Shown here one piece after another: positions 15,301 through 30,658 of a stretch of 64,000 nt of DNA. Where the stretch lies: assembly GCF_009914755.1 (NCBI RefSeq), contig NC_060940.1; one strand, 5' to 3'. This DNA comes from the human T2T-CHM13v2.0 reference genome, Homo sapiens. Position 1 is the stretch's first letter. Each line of letters begins with the position of its first letter. The notes under the pieces were generated by a model. That model was not told the origin of the DNA and did not search any database. It saw only the letters and a program-made list of their open reading frames with translations. A program made the position numbers and the translations under genes.

Positions 15301-18300
15301 TGATTGCATTCAATGATGATTCCTTTAGATTGCATTCGATTGTGATTCATTTCGTCTTCATTCTATGGTTCCACAGGTTTCCATTCGTGTCCATTCCATT
15401 ATTCCATTCTATTCCATTTGATGATGATTCCATTCGATTCCATTCATTGGTGATTCCACTCAATTCCATTCAATGATTCCATTCCATTTCTTTCAACAAT
15501 GATTCCATTAGTTTCTAATCGATGATCCACTTGATTCCATTTGACGACGATTCCATTCTTGTCCATTCGATGGTTCCATTTGATTCCATATGATGATGAT
15601 TCCATTCGATTCCATACGATGATGATTCCATTCGAGTCCATTCAATGGTGATTCCATTCAATTCCATTCGATGATTCCTTTCGATTCCATTCGATGATGA
15701 TGGCATTCGATTCCTTTCAATCATTCCCTTTGATTCCATTCAAAGGTGATTTCATTCAAGTCCATTCGATAATTGCATTCGATTCCATTCTATGATGATT
15801 CCATTCGAGTCCATTTGATGATTCCATTCAATTCAAGTCAATGATGATTCCATTCGATTCCATTCGATGATTCCATTGGATTCCATTCGATGATGATTCC
15901 ATTCAAATCCATTCGATAATTCAATTCAAGTCCATTCGATGATGATTAAAATCGAATCCATTCAAAGATTCCATTCAGTTCCATTCGATGATTCCCTTAG
16001 ATTCCATTCGATGATTCCACTTGATTTCATTTACGATGATTCCATTCGATTCCATGTGATGATTCCATTCAATTCTATTCAATGCTGTTTCCATTTGATT
16101 CCATTCGACCATGATTGCCTTTGATTCCATTCAATGACTCCATTCGGTTCCTTTTGATGATGATTCCGTTCGATTCCATTTCATTATTCCATTTGATTCC
16201 ATTGGATGAGTCCATTCGATTACATTCGATGATTATTACATTCGAGTGCATTAGATGATTCCATTCGAGTCCATTCGATGATTCCATTCGATTCCATTCG
16301 ATGTTGATTCTGTTCAAATCCATTCGATGATTCCACTCGATTCCATTCGATGACTCCAGTTGATCCCATTCGATGATTTCCTTTGATTCCCTTTGATGAT
16401 CATTCCATTTGATTCAATTCGGTGATTTCATTTGATTCCATTCAGTGATGTTTCCATTCGACTCCATTCGATGATGATTCCATTCGACTCCATTCGATTA
16501 TGATTTCATTCAATTCCATTCGATAATGATTCCCTTCGAGTCCATTCGATGATTCCATTCGATTCCATTCAACGATGATTTGATTCGTGTCCATTCGATG
16601 ATTCCATTTGATTCCACTTGATGATGATTCCATTCGAGTCCATTTGATGATTCCATTCAATTCCATTCTCCGATGATTTCTTTTGAGCCCACTCAATGCT
16701 TCCACTCGATTCCATATGATGATGACTCCATTCGATGAAATTCGATGATGATTCCATTCGCTTGCATTCGATGATGATTCCACTTGAGTCCATTAGAAGA
16801 TTCTATTCAATTACATTCCATGACGATTCCGTTCGAGTCCATTTGATGATTCCATTAGACTCCATTCGACGATGATTCCATTCGATGTTATTCGATGATT
16901 CCATTCGATCTCATTCGATGATGATTCCATTCAACTCCATTCGATGTTTCCATTCGAGTTCATTCTATTATTCCATTAGATTCCATTCGATGATGATTCC
17001 ATTCGATTCCATTTGATGATTGCATTCTATTTCATTTGATGATGATTCCATTCGAGTCCACTCGATGATTCCATTCGAGTCCATTTAATGAATCCATTGG
17101 TTTCAATTCTATGATGATTACATTGGATTCCATTCGTTGATGATTTCATTCGGTTCCATTCAATGATGATTCCATTCAATTCCTTTCAATGTTTCCATTC
17201 AATTCCATACGATGATGATTCCATTTGATTTGATTCGACAGTGAGCCATTCGATTCAATTCCATGATGATTCTATTTGATTCCATTGGTTGACATTTCCA
17301 TTCGATTCCATTCGATGATGATTCCCTTTGATTCCATTCAAAGATGATTCCATTCTAGCCCATTCAATCATTCCATTCGAATCTATTCAATGATGATTCC
17401 ATTCATGTCGATTTGGTGATTCCATTTGACTTCATTTGATGATGATTCCTTTCAAGTTCATTAGATGATTCCATTCGATTCCATTTGATGATGATCCCAT
17501 TCGAGTCCATTCAGTGATTCCACTCGTTTCCATTCCATGATGATTCCATTCCATTCCATGCAATGATTCCATTCGATTCCGTTTGATGATGATTTCATTC
17601 GAGTCCATTTGATGATTCCATTTGATTCCATTCGATGATGATTCCATTCGAGTCCATTCGATGATTCTATTCGAATCCATTTGATGATTTCTTTTGATTA
17701 TAGTTGGTGATGATTCCATTGGAGTCCATTCAATGATTCCATTCGATTCCAATCGATGGTGATTCCATTAGAGTCCATTTAATGATTCCATTTGATTCCA
17801 GTCTCTGATGATTACATTCGAGTCCATACGATGATTCCACTCAATTCCATATGATGATGATTCCATTCGATTCCATTCGATGATTCCATTCTATTCTATT
17901 CAATGGTGATTCCATTCGAGTACATTAGATGATTCCATTCGATTCCATTCAATGATGATTCTATTTGTGTCCCTTAGATGATTCCACATGATTCCATTAG
18001 ATGATGATACTATTTGAGCCCATCCAATGATTCCCTTCGATTCCATTCGATGAGGATTCCATTCGATTCAATTCATTGGTGATTCTATTCAATTCAATTC
18101 TTTGATTCCATTCCATTCCATTCGACAATGATTCCATTCGATTTCTTTCGATGATTCCACTCGATTCCACTTGACATTGATTCCCTTCGATTCCATTCAA
18201 TGATTCCATTTGATTCCAGTGGATGATGATTGCCATCGATTCCATTTGATCACTCCATTCTATTCCACTTGATGATGATTACATTCGATTCCATTTGACG

Positions 18301-18434
18301 ATTCCATCTGATTCTATTCGAGGATTCCATTTGATTCCATTCGATGATGATTCCATTCGAGTCCATTCGATGATATCATTCGAATACATCCAATGATTCC
18401 ATTCGAGTCCATTTGATGATTCCATTTGATTCCA
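12323..18434 (+). repeat. Higher-order unit 3 (6,112 bp, variant B)
   Basis: Anchors at 12323 and 18435; markers TAGATGGTTCC, CCATTAAGTG, CCTTTGAATT, CCGTAGGATT, GATTATTACATT. Confidence 0.93.
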
Positions 18435-21400
18435 TTTGATAATGATTCTACTAGAGTCCATTCAATGACTCCATTGGAGTCCATTCAACAATTCCATTCG
18501 ACTCCATTTGATGATTCCATTGGATTCCATTTGATGATTCCATTCGAGTCCATTTAATCATTACAGTCGAGTCCATTTGGTGATTCCACCGGATTTCTTT
18601 TGATAATGATACCATTCAATTACATTTGATGATGATCCCATTCAATTTCATTTGATGATGATTCCATTAGAGTCTATTCGATGATTTCATTCGAGTCCCT
18701 TCATTGATTCCATCCGATTTCATTGGATGATGACTCCATTCGAGTCCATTCGATGATTCCACTCGATTCCATTAGATGATTCCATTGGAGTCCATTTCAT
18801 TGTTCCATTCGATTCCATTCGATTCCTTTCGAAGATTATTCCATTTGAGTCCATTCGATGATGATTCCATTCCATTCCATTCGATGATTCCGTTTGATTC
18901 CATTCGATGATTCCCTTCGATTCCTTTCTTTGATGATTCCATTCCATTCCATTCAATGATTCCATTCGAATCTATTTCATGATGATTCCTTTCGATTCCA
19001 TTCGCTGATGTTTCCGTTCAATTCCATTCGATGATGATTCCATTCGATTCCATTCATTGAGGATTCCATTTGATTCCATTCAATGATGATTCCGTTCTAT
19101 TCCATTCAATGATTGCATTCAATTCCATTCAGTGATTATCCCCTTAGAGTAAACTCAACGATTCCATTCAATACCATTCGATGATGATTCCTTTTGAGTC
19201 CATTCAATGATTTCATTCAAGTCCATTTGATGATTCCTTTCAATTCCATTCTATGATGATTCCATTCGAGTCCATTCGATGATTCCATTCGATTGCATTT
19301 GATGATTACATTATATTCCAGTCAACGATGATTCCATTCGAGTCCATTCGATGATTCCATTAGAGTACATTTAATGATTGCTTTGTTTTCAATTCGAAGA
19401 TGATTACATTGGATTCCATTCTATGATACCATTCGATTCCATTCAATGATGATTCCACTCAAATCCATTGGATGATTCCATTCGTGTCCATTCGGTGATT
19501 TCATTAGATTCCATTCGAGGATGATTCCATTCGATTCCATTCGATGATTCCATTCAATTCCATTCGAGGATGATTCTATTCCAGTCCATATGATCATTCC
19601 ATTTGATTTCATTCGATGATGATTCCATTCGATTCCATTCGATGATTCCATTCTATTCCATTCGATGATGATTCCATTCGAGTCCATTCGATGATTCCAT
19701 TCGAGTCCATTTAATGATTCCATTGGGTTCAATTCAATGATGATTACATTGGATTCCGTTCTATGATTCCATTCAATTCCGTTCATTGACAATTTGATTC
19801 CATTCGATGATGATTCCATTTGAGTTCATTCGATGATTCTATTCGATTCTCTTCGATGGTGATTCAATTCTATTATATTGGATGATTCCATTCGATTCCA
19901 TTTGATGTTGATTCAATTCGATTCTATTCGATGATGATTCCATTGGATTTCACTTGATGATTCTATTCGATTCCATTCAATGATGATTCACTTCTCGTCC
20001 ATTGGATGATTCCATTTCATTCCATTCGATGATGATTCCATTCGATTCCATTCGATGATTCCATTTGATTCCATGCGTTGGTGAGCAATTCGATTCAATT
20101 CCATGATGATTCTATTTGATTCAATTAGATGATGTTTCCATTCGAATCCATTCCATGATTATTCCATTGGAATCCATTCGGCGATGATTCCATATGAGTC
20201 AATTCAATGATGATTCCATATGGGTCCGTTCGATGATAATTCCATTAGATTTCATTCGGTGCTTCTATTCAATTCCAGTCGATGATGATTCCGTTGGAGT
20301 CCATACGATGATTCCATTTGATTTCATTTGATGATGATTCCATTCGATGATGATTACATTGGATTCCATTCTATGATTCCATTCAATTCCATTCGTTGAT
20401 GATTCGATTCCATTCAATGATGATTCCATTTGAGTTCATTCGATGATTCTATTCGATTCCGTTCGATGGTGATTCAATTCTCTTATATTGGATGAATCCA
20501 CTCGATTCCATTTGATGATTATTCCATTGGAGTCCACTTAGTGAATCCTTCAGATTCTACTCGAAGATGATTCCATTCAAGTCCATTCGATGATACCATT
20601 CAATTCCATTCGTTGATGCTTCCATTCAAGTGCATTCGATGATATCATTCGATTCCATTTGATGATAATTCCATTTGATTCCATGCGATGATTCTATTCG
20701 ATTCCATTCAATGATAATTCCATTCAGTTCAGTGATTCCTCTGGACTCCATTTGATGATGATTCCATTCAATGATTCCATTCGATTCTATTCGAAAGTGA
20801 TTCCATTTGAATCCATTTGATGATGATTCCATTAGATTCCATTTGATGATTCCATTCGATTCCATGCGACGATGATTCCATTCGATTCCATGTGATGATT
20901 CCATTCTATTCTATTCGATGATGATTCCATTCGATTCCATTCGATGATGATTGGATTCGATTCCATTTGATGATATCATTTGATTCCATTCGTTAATGAT
21001 TTCGATCAATTCCATTCGATGATTCCATTCGATTCCATTCGATAATGATTACATCCGTGTCCATTCAGTGATTCCATTTGAGCCTGTTCGATAATTCCAT
21101 TTGAGTCCAACCAATGATTCCATTCATTTCCATTCAATGATTCCATTCGAGTCCATTTGATCATTCCGGTAGGGTCCATTCGATGTTGATTCCATTGGAG
21201 TGCATTCGATGATTCCATTCGAGTCCATTTTACGATTTGATTCGAGTCCTTTCGATGATTCCATTCGATTCCACTCGATGATGATTTCATTCGAGTCCAT
21301 TCGACACTTCCAATCGATTCCATTTGATGTTTCCATTCGAGTCCAATTGATGATTCCATTCAATTCCATTCGATGATGATTCCGTACGATTCCATTCTGT

Positions 21401-24400
21401 GATGATTCCATGTGATTGCATTCAATGATGATTCCTTTAGATTGCATTCGATTGTGATTCATTTCGTCTTCATTCTATGGTTCCACAGGTTTCCATTCGT
21501 GTCCATTCCATTATTCCATTCTATTCCATTTGATGATGATTCCATTCGATTCCATTCATTGGTGATTCCACTCAATTCCATTCAATGATTCCATTCCATT
21601 TCTTTCAACAATGATTCCATTAGTTTCTAATCGATGATCCACTTGATTCCATTTGACGACGATTCCATTCTTGTCCATTCGATGATTCCATTTGATTCCA
21701 TATGATGATGATTCCATTCGATTCCATACGATGATGATTCCATTCGAGTCCATTCAATGGTGATTCCATTCAATTCCATTCGATGATTCCTTTCGATTCC
21801 ATTCGATGATGATGGCATTCGATTCCTTTCAATCATTCCCTTTGATTGCATTCAAAGGTGATTTCATTCAAGTCCATTCGATAATTGCATTCGATTCCAT
21901 TCTATGATGATTCCATTCGAGTCCATTTGATGATTCCATTCAATTCAAGTCAATGATGATTCCATTCGATTCCATTCGATGATTCCATTGGATTCCATTC
22001 GATGATGATTCCATTCAAATCCATTCGATAATTCAATTCAAGTCCATTCGATGATGATTAAAATCGAATCCATTCAAAGATTCCATTCAGTTCCATTCGA
22101 TGATTCCCTTAGATTCCATTCGATGATTCCACTTGATTTCATTTACGATGATTCCATTCGATTCCATGTGATGATTCCATTCAATTCTATTCAATGCTGT
22201 TTCCATTTGATTCCATTCGACCATGATTGCCTTTGATTCCATTCAATGACTCCATTCGGTTCCTTTTGATGATGATTCCGTTCGATTCCATTTCATTATT
22301 CCATTTGATTCCATTGGATGAGTCCATTCGATTACATTCGATGATTATTCCATTCGAGTGCATTAGATGATTCCATTCGAGTCCATTCGATGATTCCATT
22401 CGATTCCATTCGATGTTGATTCTGTTCAAATCCATTCGATGATTCCACTCGATTCCATTCGATGACTCCAGTTGATCCCATTCGATGATTTCCTTTGATT
22501 CCCTTTGATGATCATTCCATTTGATTCAATTCGGTGATTTCATTTGATTCCATTCAGTGATGTTTCCATTCGACTCCATTCGATGATGATTCCATTCGAC
22601 TCCATTCGATTATGATTTCATTCAATTCCATTCGATAATGATTCCCTTCGAGTCCATTCGATGATTCCATTCGATTCCATTCAACGATGATTTGATTCGT
22701 GTCCATTCGATGATTCCATTTGATTCCACTTGATGATGATTCCATTCGAGTCCATTTGATGATTCCATTCAATTCCATTCTCCGATGATTTCTTTTGAGC
22801 CCATTCAATGCTTCCACTCGATTCCATATGATGATGACTCCATTCGATGAAATTCGATGATGATTCCATTCGCTTGCATTCGATGATGATTCCACTTGAG
22901 TCCATTAGAAGATTCTATTCAATTACATTCCATGACGATTCCGTTCGAGTCCATTTGATGATTCCATTAGACTCCATTCGACGATGATTCCATTCGATGT
23001 TATTCGATGATTCCATTCGATCTCATTCGATGATGATTCCATTCAACTCCATTCGATGTTTCCATTCGAGTTCATTCTATTATTCCATTAGATTCCATTC
23101 GATGATGATTCCATTCGATTCCATTTGATGATTGCATTCTATTTCATTTGATGATGATTCCATTCGAGTCCACTCGATGATTCCATTCGAGTCCATTTAA
23201 TGAATCCATTGGTTTCAATTCTATGATGATTACATTGGATTCCATTCGTTGATGATTTCATTCGGTTCCATTCAATGATGATTCAATTCAATTCCTTTCA
23301 ATGTTTCCATTCAATTCCATACGATGATGATTCCATTTGATTTGATTCGACAGTGAGCCATTCGATTCAATTCCATGATGATTCTATTTGATTCCATTGG
23401 TTGACATTTCCATTCGATTCCATTCGATGATGATTCCCTTTGATTCCATTCAAAGATGATTCCATTCTAGCCCATTCAATCATTCCATTCGAATCTATTC
23501 AATGATGATTCCATTCATGTCGATTTCGTGATTCCATTTGACTTCATTTGATGATGATTCCTTTCAAGTTCATTAGATGATTCCATTCGATTCCATTTGA
23601 TGATGATCCCATTCGAGTCCATTCAGTGATTCCACTCGTTTCCATTCCATGATGATTCCATTCCATTCCATGCAATGATTCCATTCGATTCCGTTTGATG
23701 ATGATTTCATTCGAGTCCATTTGATGATTCCATTTGATTCCATTCGATGATGATTCCATTCGAGTCCATTCGATGATTCTATTCGAATCCATTTGATGAT
23801 TTCTTTTGATTATAGTTGGTGATGATTCCATTGGAGTCCATTCAATGATTCCATTCGATTCCAATCGATGGTGATTCCATTAGAGTCCATTTAATGATTC
23901 CATTTGATTCCAGTCTCTGATGATTACATTCGAGTCCATACGATGATTCCACTCAATTCCATATCATGATGATTCCATTCGATTCCATTCGATGATTCCA
24001 TTCTATTCTATTCAATGGTGATTCCATTCGAGTACATTAGATGATTCCATTCGATTCCATTCAGTGATGATTCTATTTGTGTCCCTTAGATGATTCCACA
24101 TGATTCCATTAGATGATGATACTATTTGAGCCCATCCAATGATTCCCTTCGATTCCATTCGATGAGGATTCCATTCGATTCAATTCATTGGTGATTCTAT
24201 TCAATTCAATTCTTTGATTCCATTCCATTCCATTCGACAATGATTCCATTCGATTTCTTTCGATGATTCCACTCGATTCCACTTGACATTGATTCCCTTC
24301 GATTCCATTCAATGATTCCATTTGATTCCAGTGGATGATGATTGCCATCGATTCCATTTGATCACTCCATTCTATTCCACTTGATGATGATTACATTCGA

Positions 24401-24546
24401 TTCCATTTGACGATTCCATCTGATTCTATTCGAGGATTCCATTTGATTCCATTCGATGATGATTCCATTCGAGTCCATTCGATGATATCATTCGAGTACA
24501 TCCAATGATTCCATTCGAGTCCATTTGATGATTCCATTTGATTCCA
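18435..24546 (+). repeat. Higher-order unit 4 (6,112 bp, variant A, copy of unit 2)
   Basis: Anchors at 18435 and 24547; all ORF-track translations match unit 2 at +12,224. Confidence 0.93.
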
Positions 24547-27500
24547 TTTGATAATGATTCTACTAGAGTCCATTCAATGACTCCATTGGAGTCCATTCAA
24601 CAATTCCATTCGACTCCATTTGATGATTCCATTGGATTCCATTTGATGATTCCATTCGAGTCCATTTAATCATTACAGTCGAGTCCATTTGGTGATTCCA
24701 CCGGATTTCTTTTGATAATGATACCATTCAATTACATTTGATGATGATCCCATTCAATTTCATTTGATGATGATTCCATTAGAGTCCATTCGATGATTTC
24801 ATTCGAGTCCCTTCATTGATTCCATCCGATTTCATTGGATGATGACTCCATTCGAGTCCATTCGATGATTCCACTCGATTCCATTAGATGGTTCCATTGG
24901 AGTCCATTTGATTGTTCCATTCGATTCCATTCGATTCCTTTCGAAGATTATTCCATTTGAGTCCATTCGATGATGATTCCATTCCATTCCATTCGATGAT
25001 TCCGTTTGATTCCATTTGATGATTCCCTTCGATTCCTTTCTTTGATGATTCCATTCCATTCCATTCAATGATTCCATTCGAATCTATTCCATGATGATTC
25101 CTTTCGATTCCATTCGCTGATGTTTCCGTTCAATTCCATTCGATGATGATTCCATTCGATTCCATTCATTGAGGATTCCATTTGATTCCATTCAATGATG
25201 ATTCCGTTCTATTCCATTCAATGATTGCATTCAATTCCATTAAGTGATTATCCCCTTAGAGTAAACTCAACGATTCCATTCAATACCATTCGATGATGAT
25301 TCCTTTTGAGTCCATTCAATGATTTCATTCAAGTCCATTTGATGATTCCTTTGAATTCCATTCTATGATGATTCCATTCGAGTCCATTCGATGATTCCAT
25401 TCGATTGCATTCGATGATTCCATTATATTCCAGTCAACGATGATTCCATTCGAGTCCATTCGATGATTCCATTAGAGTACATTTAATGATTGCTTTGTTT
25501 TCAATTCGAAGATGATTACATTGGATTCCATTCTATGATACCATTCGATTCCATTCAATGATGATTCCACTCAAATCCATTGGATGATTCCATTCGTGTC
25601 CATTCGGTGATTTCATTAGATTCCATTCGAGGATGATTCCATTCGATTCCATTCGATGATTCCATTCAATTCCGTTCGAGGATGATTCCATTCCAGTCCA
25701 TATGATCATTCCATTTGATTTCATTCGATGATGATTCCATTCGATTCCATTCGATGATTCCATTCTATTCCATTCGATGATGATTCCATTCGAGTCCATT
25801 CGATGATTCCATTCGAGTCCATTTAATGATTCCATTGGGTTCAATTCAATGATGATTACATTGGATTCCATTCTATGATTCCATTCAATTCCGTTCATTG
25901 ACAATTTGATTCCATTCGATGATGATTCCATTTGAGTTCATTCGATGATTCTATTCGATTCTCTTCGATGGTGATTCAATTCTATTATATTGGATGATTC
26001 CATTCGATTCCATTTGATGTTGATTCAATTCGATTCTATTCGATGATGATTCCATTGGATTTCACTTGATGATTCTATTCGATTCCATTCAATGATGATT
26101 CACTTCTCGTCCATTGGATGATTCCATTTCATTCCATTCGATGATGATTCCATTCGATTCCATTCGATGATTCCATTTGATTCCATGCGTCGGTGAGCAA
26201 TTCGATTCAATTCCATGATGATTCTATTTGATTCAATTAGATGATGTTTCCATTCGAATCCATTCCATGATTATTCCATTGGAATCCATTCGGCGATGAT
26301 TCCATATGAGTCAATTCAATGATGATTCCATATGGGTCCGTTCGATGATAATTCCATTTGATTTCATTCGGTGCTTCTATTCAATTCCAGTCGATGATGA
26401 TTCCGTTGGAGTCCATACGATGATTCCATTTGATTTCATTTGATGATGATTCCATTCGATGATGATTACATTGGATTCCATTCTATGATTCCATTCAATT
26501 CCATTCGTTGATGATTCGATTCCATTCAATGATGATTCCATTTGAGTTCATTCGATGATTCTATTCGATTCCGTTCGATGGTGATTCAATTCTCTTATAT
26601 TGGATGAATCCACTCGATTCCATTTGATGATTATTCCATTGGAGTCCACTTAGTGAATCCTTCAGATTCTACTCGAAGATGATTCCATTCAAGTCCATTC
26701 GATGATACCATTCAATTCCATTCGTTGATGCTTCCATTCAAGTGCATTCGATGATATCATTCGATTCCATTTGATGATAATTCCATTTGATTCCGTGCGA
26801 TGATTCTATTCGATTCCATTCAATGATAATTCCATTCAGTTCAGTGATTCCTCTGGACTCCATTTGATGATGATTCCATTCAATGATTCCATTCGATTCT
26901 ATTCGAAAGTGATTCCATTTGAATCCATTTGATGATGATTCCATTAGATTCCATTTGATGATTCCATTCGATTCCATGCGACGATGATTCCATTCGATTC
27001 CATGTGATGATTCCATTCTATTCTATTCGATGATGATTCCATTCGATTCCATTCGATGATGATTGGATTCGATTCCATTTGATGATATCATTTGATTCCA
27101 TTCGTTAATGATTTCGATCAATTCCATTCGATGATTCCATTCGATTCCATTCGATAATGATTACATCCGTGTCCATTCAGTGATTCCATTTGAGCCTGTT
27201 CGATAATTCCATTTGAGTCCAACCAATGATTCCATTCATTTCCATTCAATGATTCCATTCGAGTCCATTTGATCATTCCGGTAGGGTCCATTCGATGTTG
27301 ATTCCATTGGAGTGCATTCGATGATTCCATTCGAGTCCATTTTACGATTTGATTCGAGTCCTTTCGATGATTCCATTCGATTCCACTCGATGATGATTTC
27401 ATTCGAGTCCATTCGACACTTCCAATCGATTCCATTTGATGTTTCCATTCGATTCCAATTGATGATTCCATTCAATTCCATTCGATGATGATTCCGTAGG

Positions 27501-30500
27501 ATTCCATTCTGTGATGATTCCATGTGATTGCATTCAATGATGATTCCTTTAGATTGCATTCGATTGTGATTCATTTCGTCTTCATTCTATGGTTCCACAG
27601 GTTTCCATTCGTGTCCATTCCATTATTCCATTCTATTCCATTTGATGATGATTCCATTCGATTCCATTCATTGGTGATTCCACTCAATTCCATTCAATGA
27701 TTCCATTCCATTTCTTTCAACAATGATTCCATTAGTTTCTAATCGATGATCCACTTGATTCCATTTGACGACGATTCCATTCTTGTCCATTCGATGGTTC
27801 CATTTGATTCCATATGATGATGATTCCATTCGATTCCATACGATGATGATTCCATTCGAGTCCATTCAATGGTGATTCCATTCAATTCCATTCGATGATT
27901 CCTTTCGATTCCATTCGATGATGATGGCATTCGATTCCTTTCAATCATTCCCTTTGATTCCATTCAAAGGTGATTTCATTCAAGTCCATTCGATAATTGC
28001 ATTCGATTCCATTCTATGATGATTCCATTCGAGTCCATTTGATGATTCCATTCAATTCAAGTCAATGATGATTCCATTCGATTCCATTCGATGATTCCAT
28101 TGGATTCCATTCGATGATGATTCCATTCAAATCCATTCGATAATTCAATTCAAGTCCATTCGATGATGATTAAAATCGAATCCATTCAAAGATTCCATTC
28201 AGTTCCATTCGATGATTCCCTTAGATTCCATTCGATGATTCCACTTGATTTCATTTACGATGATTCCATTCGATTCCATGTGATGATTCCATTCAATTCT
28301 ATTCAATGCTGTTTCCATTTGATTCCATTCGACCATGATTGCCTTTGATTCCATTCAATGACTCCATTCGGTTCCTTTTGATGATGATTCCGTTCGATTC
28401 CATTTCATTATTCCATTTGATTCCATTGGATGAGTCCATTCGATTACATTCGATGATTATTACATTCGAGTGCATTAGATGATTCCATTCGAGTCCATTC
28501 GATGATTCCATTCGATTCCATTCGATGTTGATTCTGTTCAAATCCATTCGATGATTCCACTCGATTCCATTCGATGACTCCAGTTGATCCCATTCGATGA
28601 TTTCCTTTGATTCCCTTTGATGATCATTCCATTTGATTCAATTCGGTGATTTCATTTGATTCCATTCAGTGATGTTTCCATTCGACTCCATTCGATGATG
28701 ATTCCATTCGACTCCATTCGATTATGATTTCATTCAATTCCATTCGATAATGATTCCCTTCGAGTCCATTCGATGATTCCATTCGATTCCATTCAACGAT
28801 GATTTGATTCGTGTCCATTCGATGATTCCATTTGATTCCACTTGATGATGATTCCATTCGAGTCCATTTGATGATTCCATTCAATTCCATTCTCCGATGA
28901 TTTCTTTTGAGCCCACTCAATGCTTCCACTCGATTCCATATGATGATGACTCCATTCGATGAAATTCGATGATGATTCCATTCGCTTGCATTCGATGATG
29001 ATTCCACTTGAGTCCATTAGAAGATTCTATTCAATTACATTCCATGACGATTCCGTTCGAGTCCATTTGATGATTCCATTAGACTCCATTCGACGATGAT
29101 TCCATTCGATGTTATTCGATGATTCCATTCGATCTCATTCGATGATGATTCCATTCAACTCCATTCGATGTTTCCATTCGAGTTCATTCTATTATTCCAT
29201 TAGATTCCATTCGATGATGATTCCATTCGATTCCATTTGATGATTGCATTCTATTTCATTTGATGATGATTCCATTCGAGTCCACTCGATGATTCCATTC
29301 GAGTCCATTTAATGAATCCATTGGTTTCAATTCTATGATGATTACATTGGATTCCATTCGTTGATGATTTCATTCGGTTCCATTCAATGATGATTCCATT
29401 CAATTCCTTTCAATGTTTCCATTCAATTCCATACGATGATGATTCCATTTGATTTGATTCGACAGTGAGCCATTCGATTCAATTCCATGATGATTCTATT
29501 TGATTCCATTGGTTGACATTTCCATTCGATTCCATTCGATGATGATTCCCTTTGATTCCATTCAAAGATGATTCCATTCTAGCCCATTCAATCATTCCAT
29601 TCGATTCTATTCAATGATGATTCCATTCATGTCGATTTGGTGATTCCATTTGACTTCATTTGATGATGATTCCTTTCAAGTTCATTAGATGATTCCATTC
29701 GATTCCATTTGATGATGATCCCATTCGAGTCCATTCAGTGATTCCACTCGTTTCCATTCCATGATGATTCCATTCCATTCCATGCAATGATTCCATTCGA
29801 TTCCGTTTGATGATGATTTCATTCGAGTCCATTTGATGATTCCATTTGATTCCATTCGATGATGATTCCATTCGAGTCCATTCGATGATTCTATTCGAAT
29901 CCATTTGATGATTTCTTTTGATTATATTTGGTGATGATTCCATTGGAGTCCATTCAATGATTCCATTCGATTCCAATCGATGGTGATTCCATTAGAGTCC
30001 ATTTAATGATTCCATTTGATTCCAGTCTCTGATGATTACATTCGAGTCCATACGATGATTCCACTCAATTCCATATGATGATGATTCCATTCGATTCCAT
30101 TCGATGATTCCATTCTATTCTATTCAATGGTGATTCCATTCGAGTACATTAGATGATTCCATTCGATTCCATTCAATGATGATTCTATTTGTGTCCCTTA
30201 GATGATTCCACATGATTCCATTAGATGATGATACTATTTGAGCCCATCCAATGATTCCCTTCGATTCCATTCGATGAGGATTCCATTCGATTCAATTCAT
30301 TGGTGATTCTATTCAATTCAATTCTTTGATTCCATTCCATTCCATTCGACAATGATTCCATTCGATTTCTTTCGATGATTCCACTCGATTCCACTTGACA
30401 TTGATTCCCTTCGATTCCATTCAATGATTCCATTTGATTCCAGTGGATGATGATTGCCATCGATTCCATTTGATCACTCCATTCTATTCCACTTGATGAT

Positions 30501-30658
30501 GATTACATTCGATTCCATTTGACGATTCCATCTGATTCTATTCGAGGATTCCATTTGATTCCATTCGATGATGATTCCATTCGAGTCCATTCGATGATAT
30601 CATTCGAGTACATCCAATGATTCCATTCGAGTCCATTTGATGATTCCATTTGATTCCA
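24547..30658 (+). repeat. Higher-order unit 5 (6,112 bp, variant B up to ~29.6 kb)
   Basis: Anchors at 24547 and 30659; matches unit 3 markers until position 29605 (T versus A at 17381). Confidence 0.92.
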
